DNA of 56,890 nt, filler included, from Basidiobolus ranarum (Eukaryota), in the NCBI GenBank assembly GCA_040143965.1. It is 3 parts of 3 records of this genome, joined end to end, with 100 filler letters (N's around TTAATTAATTAA, not from the genome) between each part and the next. Parts side by side here need not be neighbours in the genome. Positions count along the whole stretch, not along the records: positions 1 to 18,925 come from JASJQH010000264.1; 2 more parts are not named here. One strand, written 5' to 3'. The notes under the pieces are model-generated. The model ran no database searches and was not told the DNA's origin. It worked only from the letters and a program-made list of their open reading frames with translations. How positions within the stretch are numbered: the stretch's first letter is position 1; each line of letters begins with the position of its first letter. This document shows positions 1 to 11,553 of this stretch, piece after piece. Both the position numbers and the translations under genes were made by a program.

Positions 1-114
1 CTGGGGGCTCGCCTCGCGGTGGGGGGGGGGTTCCTCCCGCCCCCCCCCCCCCCCCGTGGCGGGCGGGGGGGGGGGGGGGGCAGTATTTCCCCCCCCCCCC
101 CCCCCCCCCCCCCA
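1..114. other. Low-quality G/C homopolymer contig end
   Basis: Long poly-G and poly-C runs, unlike the AT-rich remainder, at the very start of the sequence. Confidence 0.75.
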
Positions 115-126
115 TAACATGTGCAA

Positions 127-3100
127 TTATAAGAATCCACTTTCGTGAAGTAACCGAGCAATTTTCTCATCTTCGCGTTCTTTGGGCTCCATGTGAAGAC
201 TCATGTTATATAAATCACGTTCCCCGTTTGGCTCATGAAGTGCTTGCCATATGAATGTTTGTATCTCGGGAACATTCGTGAGGTTGTACGGTGAGTTCTG
301 GTATTGCTGAATTTCTCGGATCACTTCAGCGCACTTGGCACGTTTGGCAATGTTTATAAGATGAGGGTGGTTAGGAACGTGATCGGGGTTACCATCCTCA
401 ACAAAAGTCAGATCGGTAAGATATAATCCTAATGAAATGTGAAGATGTTCGGTTAGCAGTGGCCATCGGTGCATCAAGTCACTAAATCACATACCAAGGA
501 AAGGAACACATGGAGGGTTGACCGAGTGCAACTCCTCGCGGTATTCACCAAAGTTTTTGGTAGAATTCATGAGCTTCTTCAAACCATCGAGGGTACCAAT
601 CGACTTGGCGTTGACCAACTAATGTCAGGGAAGCTTAGCATTACAAAGTTGCAATGGAGAACACAAAAGTAATTAGCCCTACCTCCCAAGTTCGCTTCAA
701 TCTGTGAATTGGTGCAGAGTTGAGACCAGCTAATATGGCAGTGAGAGTGTTGAAATTGTTGATACTACGGCACCTCTAGAAAATAATTTTTAGGCAAAAT
801 TAAGCAACTATAGCTTCAGGAGGGACAATAAAATACCAATCATCACCTCGCCAATAGAGATAAAATGTTTAATAAGCGCTACTCGCTTTCTAACTTCTTT
901 CTCCGACAGAATTGTTTCGGCAACCCAGTTGGTAACCTGCATAAGGGGGTTAGAGGTTCGATCGAAAGAAAACCAATATCTTGTGGATGGCTCATACTTG
1001 GTTGGAAACTTCAATCATAGCCTTGATGTTGACGGCAATCGAGGCATCCTTTTGACTCCAGGCTTTGCTCAAGCATTCAACAGGTCGAATTCTGTTGTAC
1101 ATGGTTGAGTCCATGATGGTGAACTGACGAGAGATTTCGATTGGATCGATTTCGAGAAGTTTAAGTTTCTTCATATTTCTGGGCAAGATAGGGAGGGGCG
1201 CCTCACGACTCATGTTGAGAACCATCTTGCGGAAATTGCCTTCCGACGACATCTAGGTTAAGATGTTAGCAGAGAGCGCGAAAAGGAGCATCATAGATCT
1301 CACAACACTTACTCTTTTATCGATCAGTTTGATCAGTTGATTTGATGCAAACAACATGATATCCTGCATCTTATTCTGGGCAAAATTCCTCAAAACCTCT
1401 AAAGCAAAATCATCTTCCCCTTCCAGGTAATAACTCTCAAGCCAACTTTTCATAATGTTAAATACCCTATTTGTTCACGAGAGCAACCAGGTTAGTTGAC
1501 CCACTTCCTATCATCACTAAACAAACGGTCATTACCTGAGACGAACAGGAACCAGTTTTTTCTCGTTCCAGATTTCATGTTCTTCGCTGGTTAACCCGGG
1601 TGGTGGTTGGATGTTAAAGCGCTGAAAGAGAAGCTCGAATAAATCCTCAGTTGTAGTGAACGAACGATAAGTCAAGAGAAAGGTAGCGATAAATGTGGAG
1701 TCTATAATTAAATCAACGTTAATATACATGTGGATAAATGGGACAATGCTAATAGGTCAATGAATTGAAAATCTCATATTACCAAGTAAGTCATGCAGAG
1801 TAAGACGTTCAACCAACGCTACCAACGTGCCACCTTTGACTTGACCCTCCATATTGAATACAATATCATTCTGGGCATACTCATACTCCAGGTACCAAGG
1901 CCTTTCCTCAGTTACACTCTTTTTCACCACAGTATTTGGAGCATCATCGCCGAAAAATTTCTTCAACTTCTCCTTTTGCTTGATATTAGTAGGAAGTTCT
2001 GGTTCCTCCTCATGAAGTATATCCATGGATTCAGTGATATTGGCATGTGAATCCATTCTTCTACGAACAGGAACATCATGATTTTCCCCATCTGCACCTA
2101 GTCCGTGCGCTCTATCGACATGACGTCCCAAGAATGACAAAGACATGGCACGACGAGGACGGAAGGTAATCTCTGGTGTGTTTGGATTGGTATGGTTACG
2201 GTACTTATCTGCCAAGCACACATGCTCGTACATTTCCTTTTCATGAATAACGAATTTACTGGCAACGATCAATTCTTTAACAGATAACTCTACTTGTCTA
2301 GCACATTCAAGTAGCTGCTCTGATATATTCTCCGGAGCCAAGTTCTCGGTGGCCCGCTGGGTGATGGCAACAAGGATTGCAATGTTGTTATAGACGTATT
2401 GTTTGCATGTCTTGAAATCACGAATGACCACTTCGTTAACGTTCTCCAAGTCCATATCATCAGCTAAAGCTAACAGTTGACCAATCTCTGCGATGGCTTG
2501 CTTCATAAAAGCAACCAAAGAAGAAGACTTGAAATCACCCATGATTAGATATTTGATCAGTTGGTTGGTAGATCTAGCAACGGAACCAGAGCAAGTTAGA
2601 AGTTCAGTTAAAATGTCAGTGTGAACTCCACGTTTATCTAAAAAGAATTCCGAGTTGGAATCTCCATCCGCAACGTCAGGAAATCCACTTCCATTAGCTT
2701 CTTCATCGTCCAAGTTGCCACTCTCGATTTCAGGTCGTTCGATATGCCGAATATCTACTCCGTTATCTTGAGCAACAGTAATGAAATGTCTAGCAGCAAG
2801 TAGAACCTCGTTGGCATCCTGCTGCATCTTGGAAACTGCATCAGGTGAGCACCAAACAATGGAGGCATATTGCGCAGAAAGGACAAGACGACACAAAGAG
2901 TTGAAGACATGATGATGATGGGCTTTCAACATAGGATGTGCGCTCAAAACAGGAGAGTCCATGCTTTCTGTGCGGGAAGAAACAAACATCACTCTTACAG
3001 CTTCAACGATGGCTGAAGCTTGTTCAATGAAATTTCCTTTCAGGTTTCGTTTGGAAGAGTGATTCAAACGATGGATGGCGAGAACAATATTTGCAGTTAG

Positions 3101-4148
3101 CTTGGCCCAATTGAAGTTCGGAGCGGATCCCTCTGGATCCATCGGCCCAACAAATCCTGATGGTCGACGGCTTTTGGAGTACGAAGAAGGTGGCATCCCT
3201 CCGAATGATGAGCTATCGTTGCCGAACGAGGAGCCAGATGACGTAGAAATGGCAGAGTTTCGCTTGTTGTTCGTCTGATTCGGAGTAAATTTTGATCCAT
3301 TTAATAAAAGGTACGTTGGGGTCTAGAGTGAATACACAAATTGCTACTTACAATCAAGCCAGTCTCCCAGTCTATCTCGTTGAGATTCCATGTTGTATCA
3401 TCGGTAACCATGTTGAAGTAGTATGTTCGACCATTTGGAGATGATTTTTCTCCCCAGTTTGGAGGTAACTATTGACAGGTTCATTTCAATACATATGCAT
3501 ATCATTGTTATCTGAAGTGGAGTACTAACCTTTTCACCATCGGTTGGTCGAGCTGCTTTACGAAAAGAAACTGTCTCAATCAGACCATTATTTTTATCCT
3601 GCGCGACTGCACATTCATTTGGAGTCTTAGTGGTATCGTTCTGACTAGGTGTACCAGGATATGACCATCGCGTCTCTTTAGTTACGTTGTTATAGTACCA
3701 GAAAGTACCATCTTCGGTAGAATGAGTGATCCAGTTTTCGGGTAGATTGATTTCATTTCCATAATTCTCTTCCACGGAATATGGATGACTTAATTTACGG
3801 TTTGTAACGGGGCCATCTTGGTTAAAATAATCGGCTTCGTGACCCTAAAATACGAAGCCAAAGTTAGTTTCAATTTATGGTAAGTCCATCCTGTTCTCTT
3901 ATTATATACTATTGGAATGAAAGTCTTGAATAGAAAATAAAAAATACCTGTTCCTCTTGCAACAATTCTTCTGACTCGAGCGCGACTACAAATTCCGATG
4001 GAAACCAGCCCCGTATTCCATTACAAAGGCCATCCCACCAACCTGAATCCAACTGTGTTATCACTTCTATAACATCTCCTTTTTTGAACTTTAAGCTGGA
4101 ATCATCTGTAGAATCGAAGTCGTATAAGGCCCGTACAATAGCAGTCAT
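127..4148 (-). CDS. CDC25: Cdc25-type Ras guanine nucleotide exchange factor (SH3-WW-WW-REM-RasGEF), about 11 exons
   Basis: SH3 ([37 protein letters not shown]), WW ([30 protein letters not shown]) and a second WW ([19 protein letters not shown]). REM ([28 protein letters not shown]). RasGEF ([33 protein letters not shown]). The ORF pieces are joined by canonical GT-AG introns; stop at 127-129. Confidence 0.93.
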
Positions 4149-5116
4149 GAGAAGATGAGTGAATAGAAGGTGTTACTCGGGTGTCTCAAAACTGTTGAGT
4201 TTTCTGTATGGCTAAAGTGGAATAGAATACTTGGTTATTGTAAAGAATTAAAAGTGGTCCAGTATCCATGAAAAAAAGGGTAAACTCAGTGTTTACTTGA
4301 ACAGATGGAATAGATAACAGGGTACCATAAAGTGGAGAATAAGTATATTTGTAGAAAGTCAAAATACCGAAAAATAGAGCCGCTAGAAAGTTGGGGCTCG
4401 AATTGGTTGTCTCGTATATAAAAACCTAAACGCGTGTATCTTTAAGGAACTGGGAGATCGAAGATCAATAGAAAGTTTGGCTTAGGTTGGGTGAAATAAA
4501 TAATAGAAGGAAGTTAAAGTGTAAGTAGAAACTCCGGAATAGAAAAGCTTATCAGACGTTTGGAATAGCGAGAGCTCAACTGCTGCACCACGATCTAATC
4601 GCGATTTTCAGTGTTCAAGATAAATAGACTGTTTAAAAGTCTTACTTTATGTTAAATCACTAATGATTACCCACAATCCATTAATCATCTGATTCCGTCC
4701 TAATCATCCTAAACCCGAAGTAAAACCCGGGCACCTGTCAACAAATAGTCACCTATCTTGGGCAAAATAGCCCATTCTAGCGCATTTCACGGGAGATTGG
4801 AAAAACATTGATTTGTTAGATACGTTACGTCGCTCATCATGAATACGCATAGACAGTTTCAATTCCACGGACTGAATCGATCTGTGACTTCCAGAAGTTG
4901 GATTTCCAAACAGTGCATGAACGCCAACATCCAACTCTAAACCCTCGATTCGTAACCAATGACTGCGGAGAAGTGGCGGATTCTATATTATGCAAATCCG
5001 CCTAAATGGGCACCTGTTGTTCCATTATGGACATATTGAGACACGGAGTTGCAGACATCATCTTGGACCCAGGAATATATATATGCTCTCAGCGAACTTT
5101 ACCCTTTTTCCTGAAT

Positions 5117-6451
5117 ATGAATAGACTCAAAGAAAAAATCAACCTAGTCTCGGAGAAATTGGAAGAAATTGGTATTTCCATTCATCCCAAGCCCGACTCC
5201 TCCGCTAAACCACCTAGCAATCCCTCCTCAAATCAACCTCTCTCGAGTACTTCCCCAGTTCCACATTCTGGAGGCCAAACCACAAAAACCGATAATGACT
5301 CTTTCTGTCAAAACGTGGTTGCACCGAATGAACCATACACACGCTTTATAGACTATTTGGCTGTACAAAGACAAGCACAAAATAAGGAAACTATCTCAAA
5401 AGACAAGTTGAAATACCTTCAGAAGGTGGCGGATAGATCTCTTGAGAAAGGCCCATTCACGATAACTTGCAACCCTCACTTACCACCCTCTAATGACCCC
5501 CGAGATTTTGTCTCACATGCACCATATTTTTGGCCAGATGAGTCTGCCGCCGATCCAACCACTGCACCATATGTTCGTAGAGATGGTAAAAAAAATCCAA
5601 GAGTGGACGAGCTACCGTGTCAAAAACAGCTTGAGGATATGTGTAGTGAAGTGGCGAATCTCGCTCTCCAATACGCTTTCTCTTTGGAACCAAAGTACTT
5701 GGATCATGCGTGGTCTTTACTCAGAGTGTTTTTTATCAATGAGAAAACTCGCATGAACCCAAATGCTCAGTTTGGGCAGATCAGGCCAAATTGGTCTTCA
5801 AGCGGGGAATTGACTGGGCTCATTGGAATCCGTGCTTTGACACAAGTGGCTAATACACTGCCATTGCTGTATACTGAGCAACATCGCCAGGAGTATCAGG
5901 CTATTCAACAGTGGTTTTCAGAGATGATTACTTGGATGCTTACCAGTGAGATTGGGCGTAAAGCTTTCGATTGCGCCAACAATCATTGCTCCTATTTCCA
6001 TGTTCAGCTTTGTACTTATCTACGGTTCATCAATAGAAATGAGGAGGCTAAAAGCTATCTTGAAAATTTCTTTGCTCAGAAAATCCCTGGCCAAATTACA
6101 GCGGAGGGTGATCAACCCCTCGAAGCGGAACGTGCTGATTATGTTAAATATATGTTCTTCAATTTGGAGGCACTTGTATATCTCGCTAAACTGAGCGAAG
6201 TATTGGGCTTTAATGCTTGGGATGCTGATAATCAAGCTATTCTTAGGGCTACTGAGTATGTGATTACACATACTCTAAAGGGTAAGTATGATGCGAAAGG
6301 AAGTTTTGTCGTAAGAGTAGTGAATGAACACTATGGTGACCCCCACAACATATTCCAAAAATTCTTGGCTTCAGAAACGACCAAACTAAAGCCAAGTATT
6401 AGATGTCCTGGAATGAGTCAATTATGGTCACATTCAGACAAACTGGCTTAG
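5117..6451 (+). CDS. Alginate_lyase-domain (PF05426, PL38-like) polysaccharide lyase, intronless
   Basis: Motifs DFVSHAPYFWPD, PYVRRDGKKNP, FFINEKTRMNPNAQFGQ, NNH and QPLEAER..YMFFNL are typical of this family. The ORF is open from 5006; ATG 5117, after a TATA-like element near 5076, is the likelier start. Confidence 0.85.
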   Translation: MNRLKEKINLVSEKLEEIGISIHPKPDSSAKPPSNPSSNQPLSSTSPVPHSGGQTTKTDNDSFCQNVVAPNEPYTRFIDYLAVQRQAQNKETISKDKLKYLQKVADRSLEKGPFTITCNPHLPPSNDPRDFVSHAPYFWPDESAADPTTAPYVRRDGKKNPRVDELPCQKQLEDMCSEVANLALQYAFSLEPKYLDHAWSLLRVFFINEKTRMNPNAQFGQIRPNWSSSGELTGLIGIRALTQVANTLPLLYTEQHRQEYQAIQQWFSEMITWMLTSEIGRKAFDCANNHCSYFHVQLCTYLRFINRNEEAKSYLENFFAQKIPGQITAEGDQPLEAERADYVKYMFFNLEALVYLAKLSEVLGFNAWDADNQAILRATEYVITHTLKGKYDAKGSFVVRVVNEHYGDPHNIFQKFLASETTKLKPSIRCPGMSQLWSHSDKLA

Positions 6452-7973
6452 CTGCGTGAACACTATCCATGGTTTTTTTACAAGACAATCTTCCTACAAA
6501 TTACTCTTTGTACAACATACTTGAAGATTCTTTAAAAATCAATTTATTTTGGATCTTCAATACATAGTATTAGCCACCAATCCATCTAGTCGAATAAATA
6601 TATAAGTATATAACTGAGATACTCACATCCGATAACCTTTGCGATATTCAAATAGCTTTCAACAAAAACCACTACCTCATATTGTGGATGGTGGATTCCG
6701 AACCAATTCGTCCAAGTGTAGTCCTTCATGTAGTTTAGGCAAAGGTTTGAGGCTACGAACGGGGTTAGAACGTCGAGGTATTAGATGGAATCAGTTAGTA
6801 CGATTTACCTTTCCGTGATATCGCTAGTCCTAAATTCATAAGATATGTTAGAAGGATATATGGTATGAACATTTCAATATAAATATACTGACTTTTGCTT
6901 TGTTTGGTTTACAATGGAACTAATTCTTTCAAGCGACTGGTTTCCGCAGAAATAGTTCAATATTATATTGAAGACAAGTGTGAAATGAAAAGAGGATATT
7001 ATTACCATCTGTGTATTTCGAAGAGTACTGTCCAAAGTCGCAAACTGTCTGATTGTTTTGTTGATTTCCTAACCACATAATAAAGTGAATTAAAGTCCTA
7101 ACTTTGCCCTTCTTTCAACCAAGTCCAAACTAACCTCACTAGCTTCTCCGGCACGTACTACATCCTAACAAAAAAGCTCAGAATAATTCAAAATATACTA
7201 ATTATCTTAAAATTTTGAAACCTTCACTGCTACTACAATATCTGAAAGAAAATTTTGTGATTTGTCTTGTAAATCTATTCTAGAGGGCCAGAAGCATTCT
7301 TGTGACATGATGTAGATAAGCTTCGTTTAGTCAGAAATTTCATTACATATCCCTCAGGGCACGTGATTCACTTTTCCTGACTGCAATGAGATTGGTATAA
7401 TTATAAAAATACAGTACTCGAATCAACTTTGATTAAATGCTAAATTGACAGTCACTAGGATGAAGTGGCTTTGTTCTCGATGAAGGTTTCTTCATACCTA
7501 CATGATTACTCCAATACAGCAGTAACTAACGCAGTGACATTAGGTTCAGAGCAAGAAATACTCCCCTAGAATCTCGAACTCAAGGGATGGAATGCCGTTC
7601 ATTTAATATTGACTTATAATCCTTCTATTTTGATGAGATATTTAGTTCTTACAGGAACTTTTATCTGCCCTTAGATGCTTCCAAAGATACACGTTCATCC
7701 AAGGAGATATTTCATCATCTTGCAAAGTTTCAGTTTTCACATCCCTTATTTGTTTTTGATTGACGTTCTTTCCCTGTCGTTGATTGATATTCAACAGAGT
7801 GATAATCAAATGCAAACACATGCAGCCAGCATACCATCTCCGTATATCTCAAACTGAGGAAATTCTTCCGCTGATGAATAAGAATATAAATAGTACCCAA
7901 GTGCTCTGTGATTACTTCGAACCGTGTTTGACCAAGTCATCTCACCTACCGATCCACTTCTCAAGCCTTAGCG

Positions 7974-8483
7974 ATGCAACTCTCAATTGTCTCCATTCTC
8001 GCTGTAATTGGATCCACCTATAGCCTCCCATTTGGTGATCTTTTGGGGGATTCCTTAGGTTTTGTGGATGACTTGGTCGGTCAAACTGGAGTCTCTATTC
8101 CTGACGACTTTGGTAAGGGTACTATGGAGCTACGACTTGGGAGCGATAAGACGGGCCTGAATCTGGCAATTAGCAACCTTGGAAAAAATATTGAAAAGTT
8201 GGAGAGTTCTGCCAACCAAATCAAATCTGCCTCCTCAAAAACAAACGGGGAGGTTGCGGATGTTGCTCACCAGAATCAGGATTTGGCAAATCGCTTGTCC
8301 AAAATCTCCAATCAACTCGAGAAACTCCCCAGCCCATCCGACTCACAACTCGGTTCAAATAACAACGAAAATAGTCATCATAATGGCCATCAATCCGAAG
8401 CTAAAGGCCATGGTAACAATGGCTACCAAAACTCCCATCACAATGGCAATAATTGGTCACAGCAAGGATACAAAGCTTACTGA
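7974..8483 (+). CDS. Small secreted protein, 169 aa, copy 1 (signal peptide, coiled coil, N/H/G/Q-rich tail)
   Basis: Signal peptide MQLSIVSILAVIGSTYS|LP; TATAAATA at 7885, 89 nt upstream; intact same-length paralog at 9279. Confidence 0.85.
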   Translation: MQLSIVSILAVIGSTYSLPFGDLLGDSLGFVDDLVGQTGVSIPDDFGKGTMELRLGSDKTGLNLAISNLGKNIEKLESSANQIKSASSKTNGEVADVAHQNQDLANRLSKISNQLEKLPSPSDSQLGSNNNENSHHNGHQSEAKGHGNNGYQNSHHNGNNWSQQGYKAY

Positions 8484-8866
8484 GTAACCAGGCGGAAGGA
8501 ATCAGTAGAAGAGACTATGCAAAAGATCCTGTATGAATATACTTCAAATCACTCTCGTGATGAGAACATACTCTTAATGGATCAGAGATGATCCCCTTGA
8601 ACTAGGCCTGTCTAAGCATGCTAAATTGACTTGGGACCTTACTTCCCTTTACTATGGAATCAGTACTCCTGTGAGCAGCATTAGCAAGTCACATTAACGT
8701 CTGATGCCTAGATATTTCTGCTTGTTGTAAAACTCAACAAAATGAGCATATTTTAGATATTATGAAGGGATCAGTAGAGTTAGGAAAGAAATTTCACTCG
8801 GTCTAATAAACAACTGTTATTTTCAACCCATATTATCGTTGTATTTCATGTATTAAATATTGACTT

Positions 8867-8957
8867 GTGAACATATGAATTCAAATAATGATAATTAAGT
8901 GAATATGAATTCAAATAACAATAAATATATATGAAATCAGATAACGATAAATAAGTG
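8867..8957. repeat. Three degenerate tandem repeats of about 26-30 bp (ATATGAAwTCArATAAy.ATAA)
   Basis: Copies start near 8873, 8903 and 8928. Confidence 0.65.
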
Positions 8958-9278
8958 TTTTTGATACTCGTAATATTAACCTGAAAAATCCAAACATTAT
9001 GTAATTATCGTAATTTATTGAATGTGATTTCAGATATTTTCCGGCAAGCAAATCGTACAAAGCAGGTGGTTAGTTTTTACATGATCGACATGCATAATAT
9101 ATAACAATGTCTTGTAAATCCTGCACTCTCCAAACTTAGGAGGTTAATTTTCTCATGATCTTAGGGGATTCATCAGCCGTAAGTAGGAATATAAATAGTG
9201 CTTAAGTGCTCCGTGATTACTTCGAACCGTGTTTGACCAAGTCATCTCACCTACCGATCCACTTCTCAAGCCTTAGCG

Positions 9279-9788
9279 ATGCAACTCTCAATTGTCTCCA
9301 TTCTCGCTGTAATTGGATCCACCTATGGCCTCCCATTAGGTGATTTTTTGGGAGATTCCTTAGGTTTTGTGGATGACTTGGTCGGTCAAACTGGAGTCTC
9401 TATGCCCGATGCTTTTGGTAAGGGTACTATGGAGCTACGACTTGGGAGCGATAAGACGGGCCTGAATCTGGCAATTAGCAACCTTGGAAAAAATATTGAA
9501 AAGTTGGAGAGTTCTGCCAACCAAATCAAATCCGACTCATCCAAGACAAATGGGGAAATTGAGGATGTTGCTCACCAGAATCAGGATTTGGCAAATCGCT
9601 TGTCCAAAATCTCAAATCAACTCGAGAAACTCCCCAGCCCATCCGACTCACAACCCGGTTCAAACAACCACGAAAATGGTCATCAAAATAGCCACCAATC
9701 CGAAGCAACAGGCAATGGTAACAATGGCTACCAAAAACCCCATCGCAATGGCAATAACTGGTCACAGCAAGGATACAAAGCTTACTGA
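9279..9788 (+). CDS. Small secreted protein, 169 aa, copy 2
   Basis: Paralog of 7974-8483 with 18 aa differences; TATAAATA at 9190, also 89 nt upstream. Confidence 0.85.
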   Translation: MQLSIVSILAVIGSTYGLPLGDFLGDSLGFVDDLVGQTGVSMPDAFGKGTMELRLGSDKTGLNLAISNLGKNIEKLESSANQIKSDSSKTNGEIEDVAHQNQDLANRLSKISNQLEKLPSPSDSQPGSNNHENGHQNSHQSEATGNGNNGYQKPHRNGNNWSQQGYKAY

Positions 9789-10531
9789 GTGAATTATTAC
9801 TATGTAGAATATCCTGCATAGATATACTTCAAGCCATCCTTGTGATGAGAATGTACTAGTTCTCAATGAAGCAGAGATACGCCCACCTTGAACTTGGCTA
9901 GGCCTGCTCAACCATGTTGTCTTGGCTTGGGGCTCTACCTCCCTTCACAATGGGATCATTGCTCCTGTGAGTAGCACATGCTAGTCACATTAACGCCTGA
10001 TGCCTATGTATTTTCGTATGTAGTCTAGGATTCAACATAACGTGTATCTTTTAGATATACAGAACCCAATAAATCGTTGATTTTATATGCGAAACAGAAT
10101 ATCGATGGTTTTTAAATAAAAAATCCCATAATATTTTTTACAGTGACTGGTATCTATAAGCACAAAGCTTATCTCGTATCTCTACATATAAGGAATATGG
10201 GTGGGGTGATAGCAACCACGACGTGTATCATGAAAGTAAAAGCTGGCTTGACTGAAGGACAAGTATCAACCACACTTCAATCCAGATATTTATTATGTTC
10301 TTGGAAAGAAGTGAAAACTAAGCTGACCTATTAATTATGAAGATTATTGCGAATATGAGAGTTATTTACCATGAGTACGAAAAGGTTAGCAACTGAGTAA
10401 AAGTGGTATTATTCATATGAGTGAGTGGGTGGACGAGGGGGTATATTATAGATATAATAACCTATTGAACAAAAATAAAATGGTTCTTGCAACGAAGCTT
10501 AGCTTGCAAAGTTACATAGCTTCTTATAGAC

Positions 10532-10831
10532 TCAAGCAATAACACATTCACAGCCCCCTCCTTTATTCGCAAACGGATCATTGGCACCTGGGGCTCCCCA
10601 TATGGAGGGAATAAGATAATCACGAGTAGTAGTTACGTATTTGATCAACCTAGTAGAAGCAATTGGGTGAGTATGGTTACATGATAAGAAAAGAGAGTAA
10701 CTAACATACATTCGACTTGCTTGAGAAACGGGCACGCGTGGAAGGTCTAGCTGCTCTCTCAGTCGATGGTTATAATCGGTCATCTTTTTGAGCTTTTGCT
10801 CAGACATGGCGTTTAATCCAGAAGCAGGCAT
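10532..10831 (-). CDS. Heterotrimeric G-protein gamma subunit, 2 exons (intron 10650-10709), 79 aa spliced
   Basis: GGL-like sequence (N.RLREQLDLPRVPVSQAS..LIKYVTTTRDYLIPSIWG) and C-terminal CaaX box CECVIA; GTATGT...CTAG intron. Confidence 0.92.
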   Translation of the reverse strand: MPASGLNAMSEQKLKKMTDYNHRLREQLDLPRVPVSQASRMYVSYSLFLSCNHTHPIASTRLIKYVTTTRDYLIPSIWGAPGANDPFANKGGGCECVIA

Positions 10832-11553
10832 TTCCCCAGAGAATAAATGAAAAGATATTATATTGAACAGTAATCGATTCCGTTAAGAATTACGATACTT
10901 GATTAAAAATAAATACAAAGGAAGCCTCAGTCACTTCCAAGAGGTTATCAATAGGGAGTGCGAAGAACCAAGGAGAAGGTGCAGATTAGGATTAGTGGCT
11001 GGGCTTAATGTGGAATGGTTAATATAAATACGTAGGTTATGGTTGTAGTTGTGGTCATATTGATTGATTAATTTAATAGAAATTAATCCCTAGAGTTAAT
11101 TATCTTACCCCTTTTCTCATGTCTCATCGTGAATTTGTTGGTGATGCTGATGCTGGGGTTAGGGACACAGTCCAGACTGAATTTTGGTTGTCAGCTCCAC
11201 AGGATCCAACTTTAGAAACATACTATTAGTGTCTTTTGCTTAATGGCCAATTACAGAGGCGGGAATGGGAATAGAGTTCGTAGAAGTATTTTCATCTCAG
11301 CTTTATGTGAGATTAATGTTGACTAATTTGTATGTCGTAGAGTCATTTGACATATAGCTCTAACCCTAACCCTAGCCTACCCTTGGTTTCGTCATCTTTC
11401 ATTTACTCTCATGATTATCTGTCTAACTGGATAGTCTAAACTCAAACGTAATCGGATTCTCAGATCCAAGATTAAGATACATATTTAAGTGTAAGCTGAC
11501 TCATTCGTTCACTATATTCCCAACCTGCTGTCAAACTTTGGAAACGTCAAGAA

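Larger units (their letters stand above)
7879..10060 (+). repeat. Tandem gene duplication, unit about 7879-8760 vs about 9184-10060, CDS offset 1305 bp
   Basis: TATA, 5'UTR and CDS are near-identical. The 3' flanks are alignable but more diverged (e.g. ctcctgtgag..gca and agtcacattaacg.ctgatgccta occur in both). Confidence 0.92.

Noticed and set aside
1..114. G/C runs suggestive of a G-quadruplex or telomere
   Set aside because: Irregular homopolymers at a contig end; most likely low-quality sequence.
8179..9792. Overlapping 102-aa alternative-frame ORFs conserved in both paralogs
   Set aside because: They start at TTG, and their conservation is explained by the recent duplication of the main frame.
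11360..11375. CTAACCCTAAC as a telomerase RNA template
   Set aside because: It lies about 190 nt upstream of the PRX start codon, similar motifs recur elsewhere, and no pseudoknot evidence was seen.
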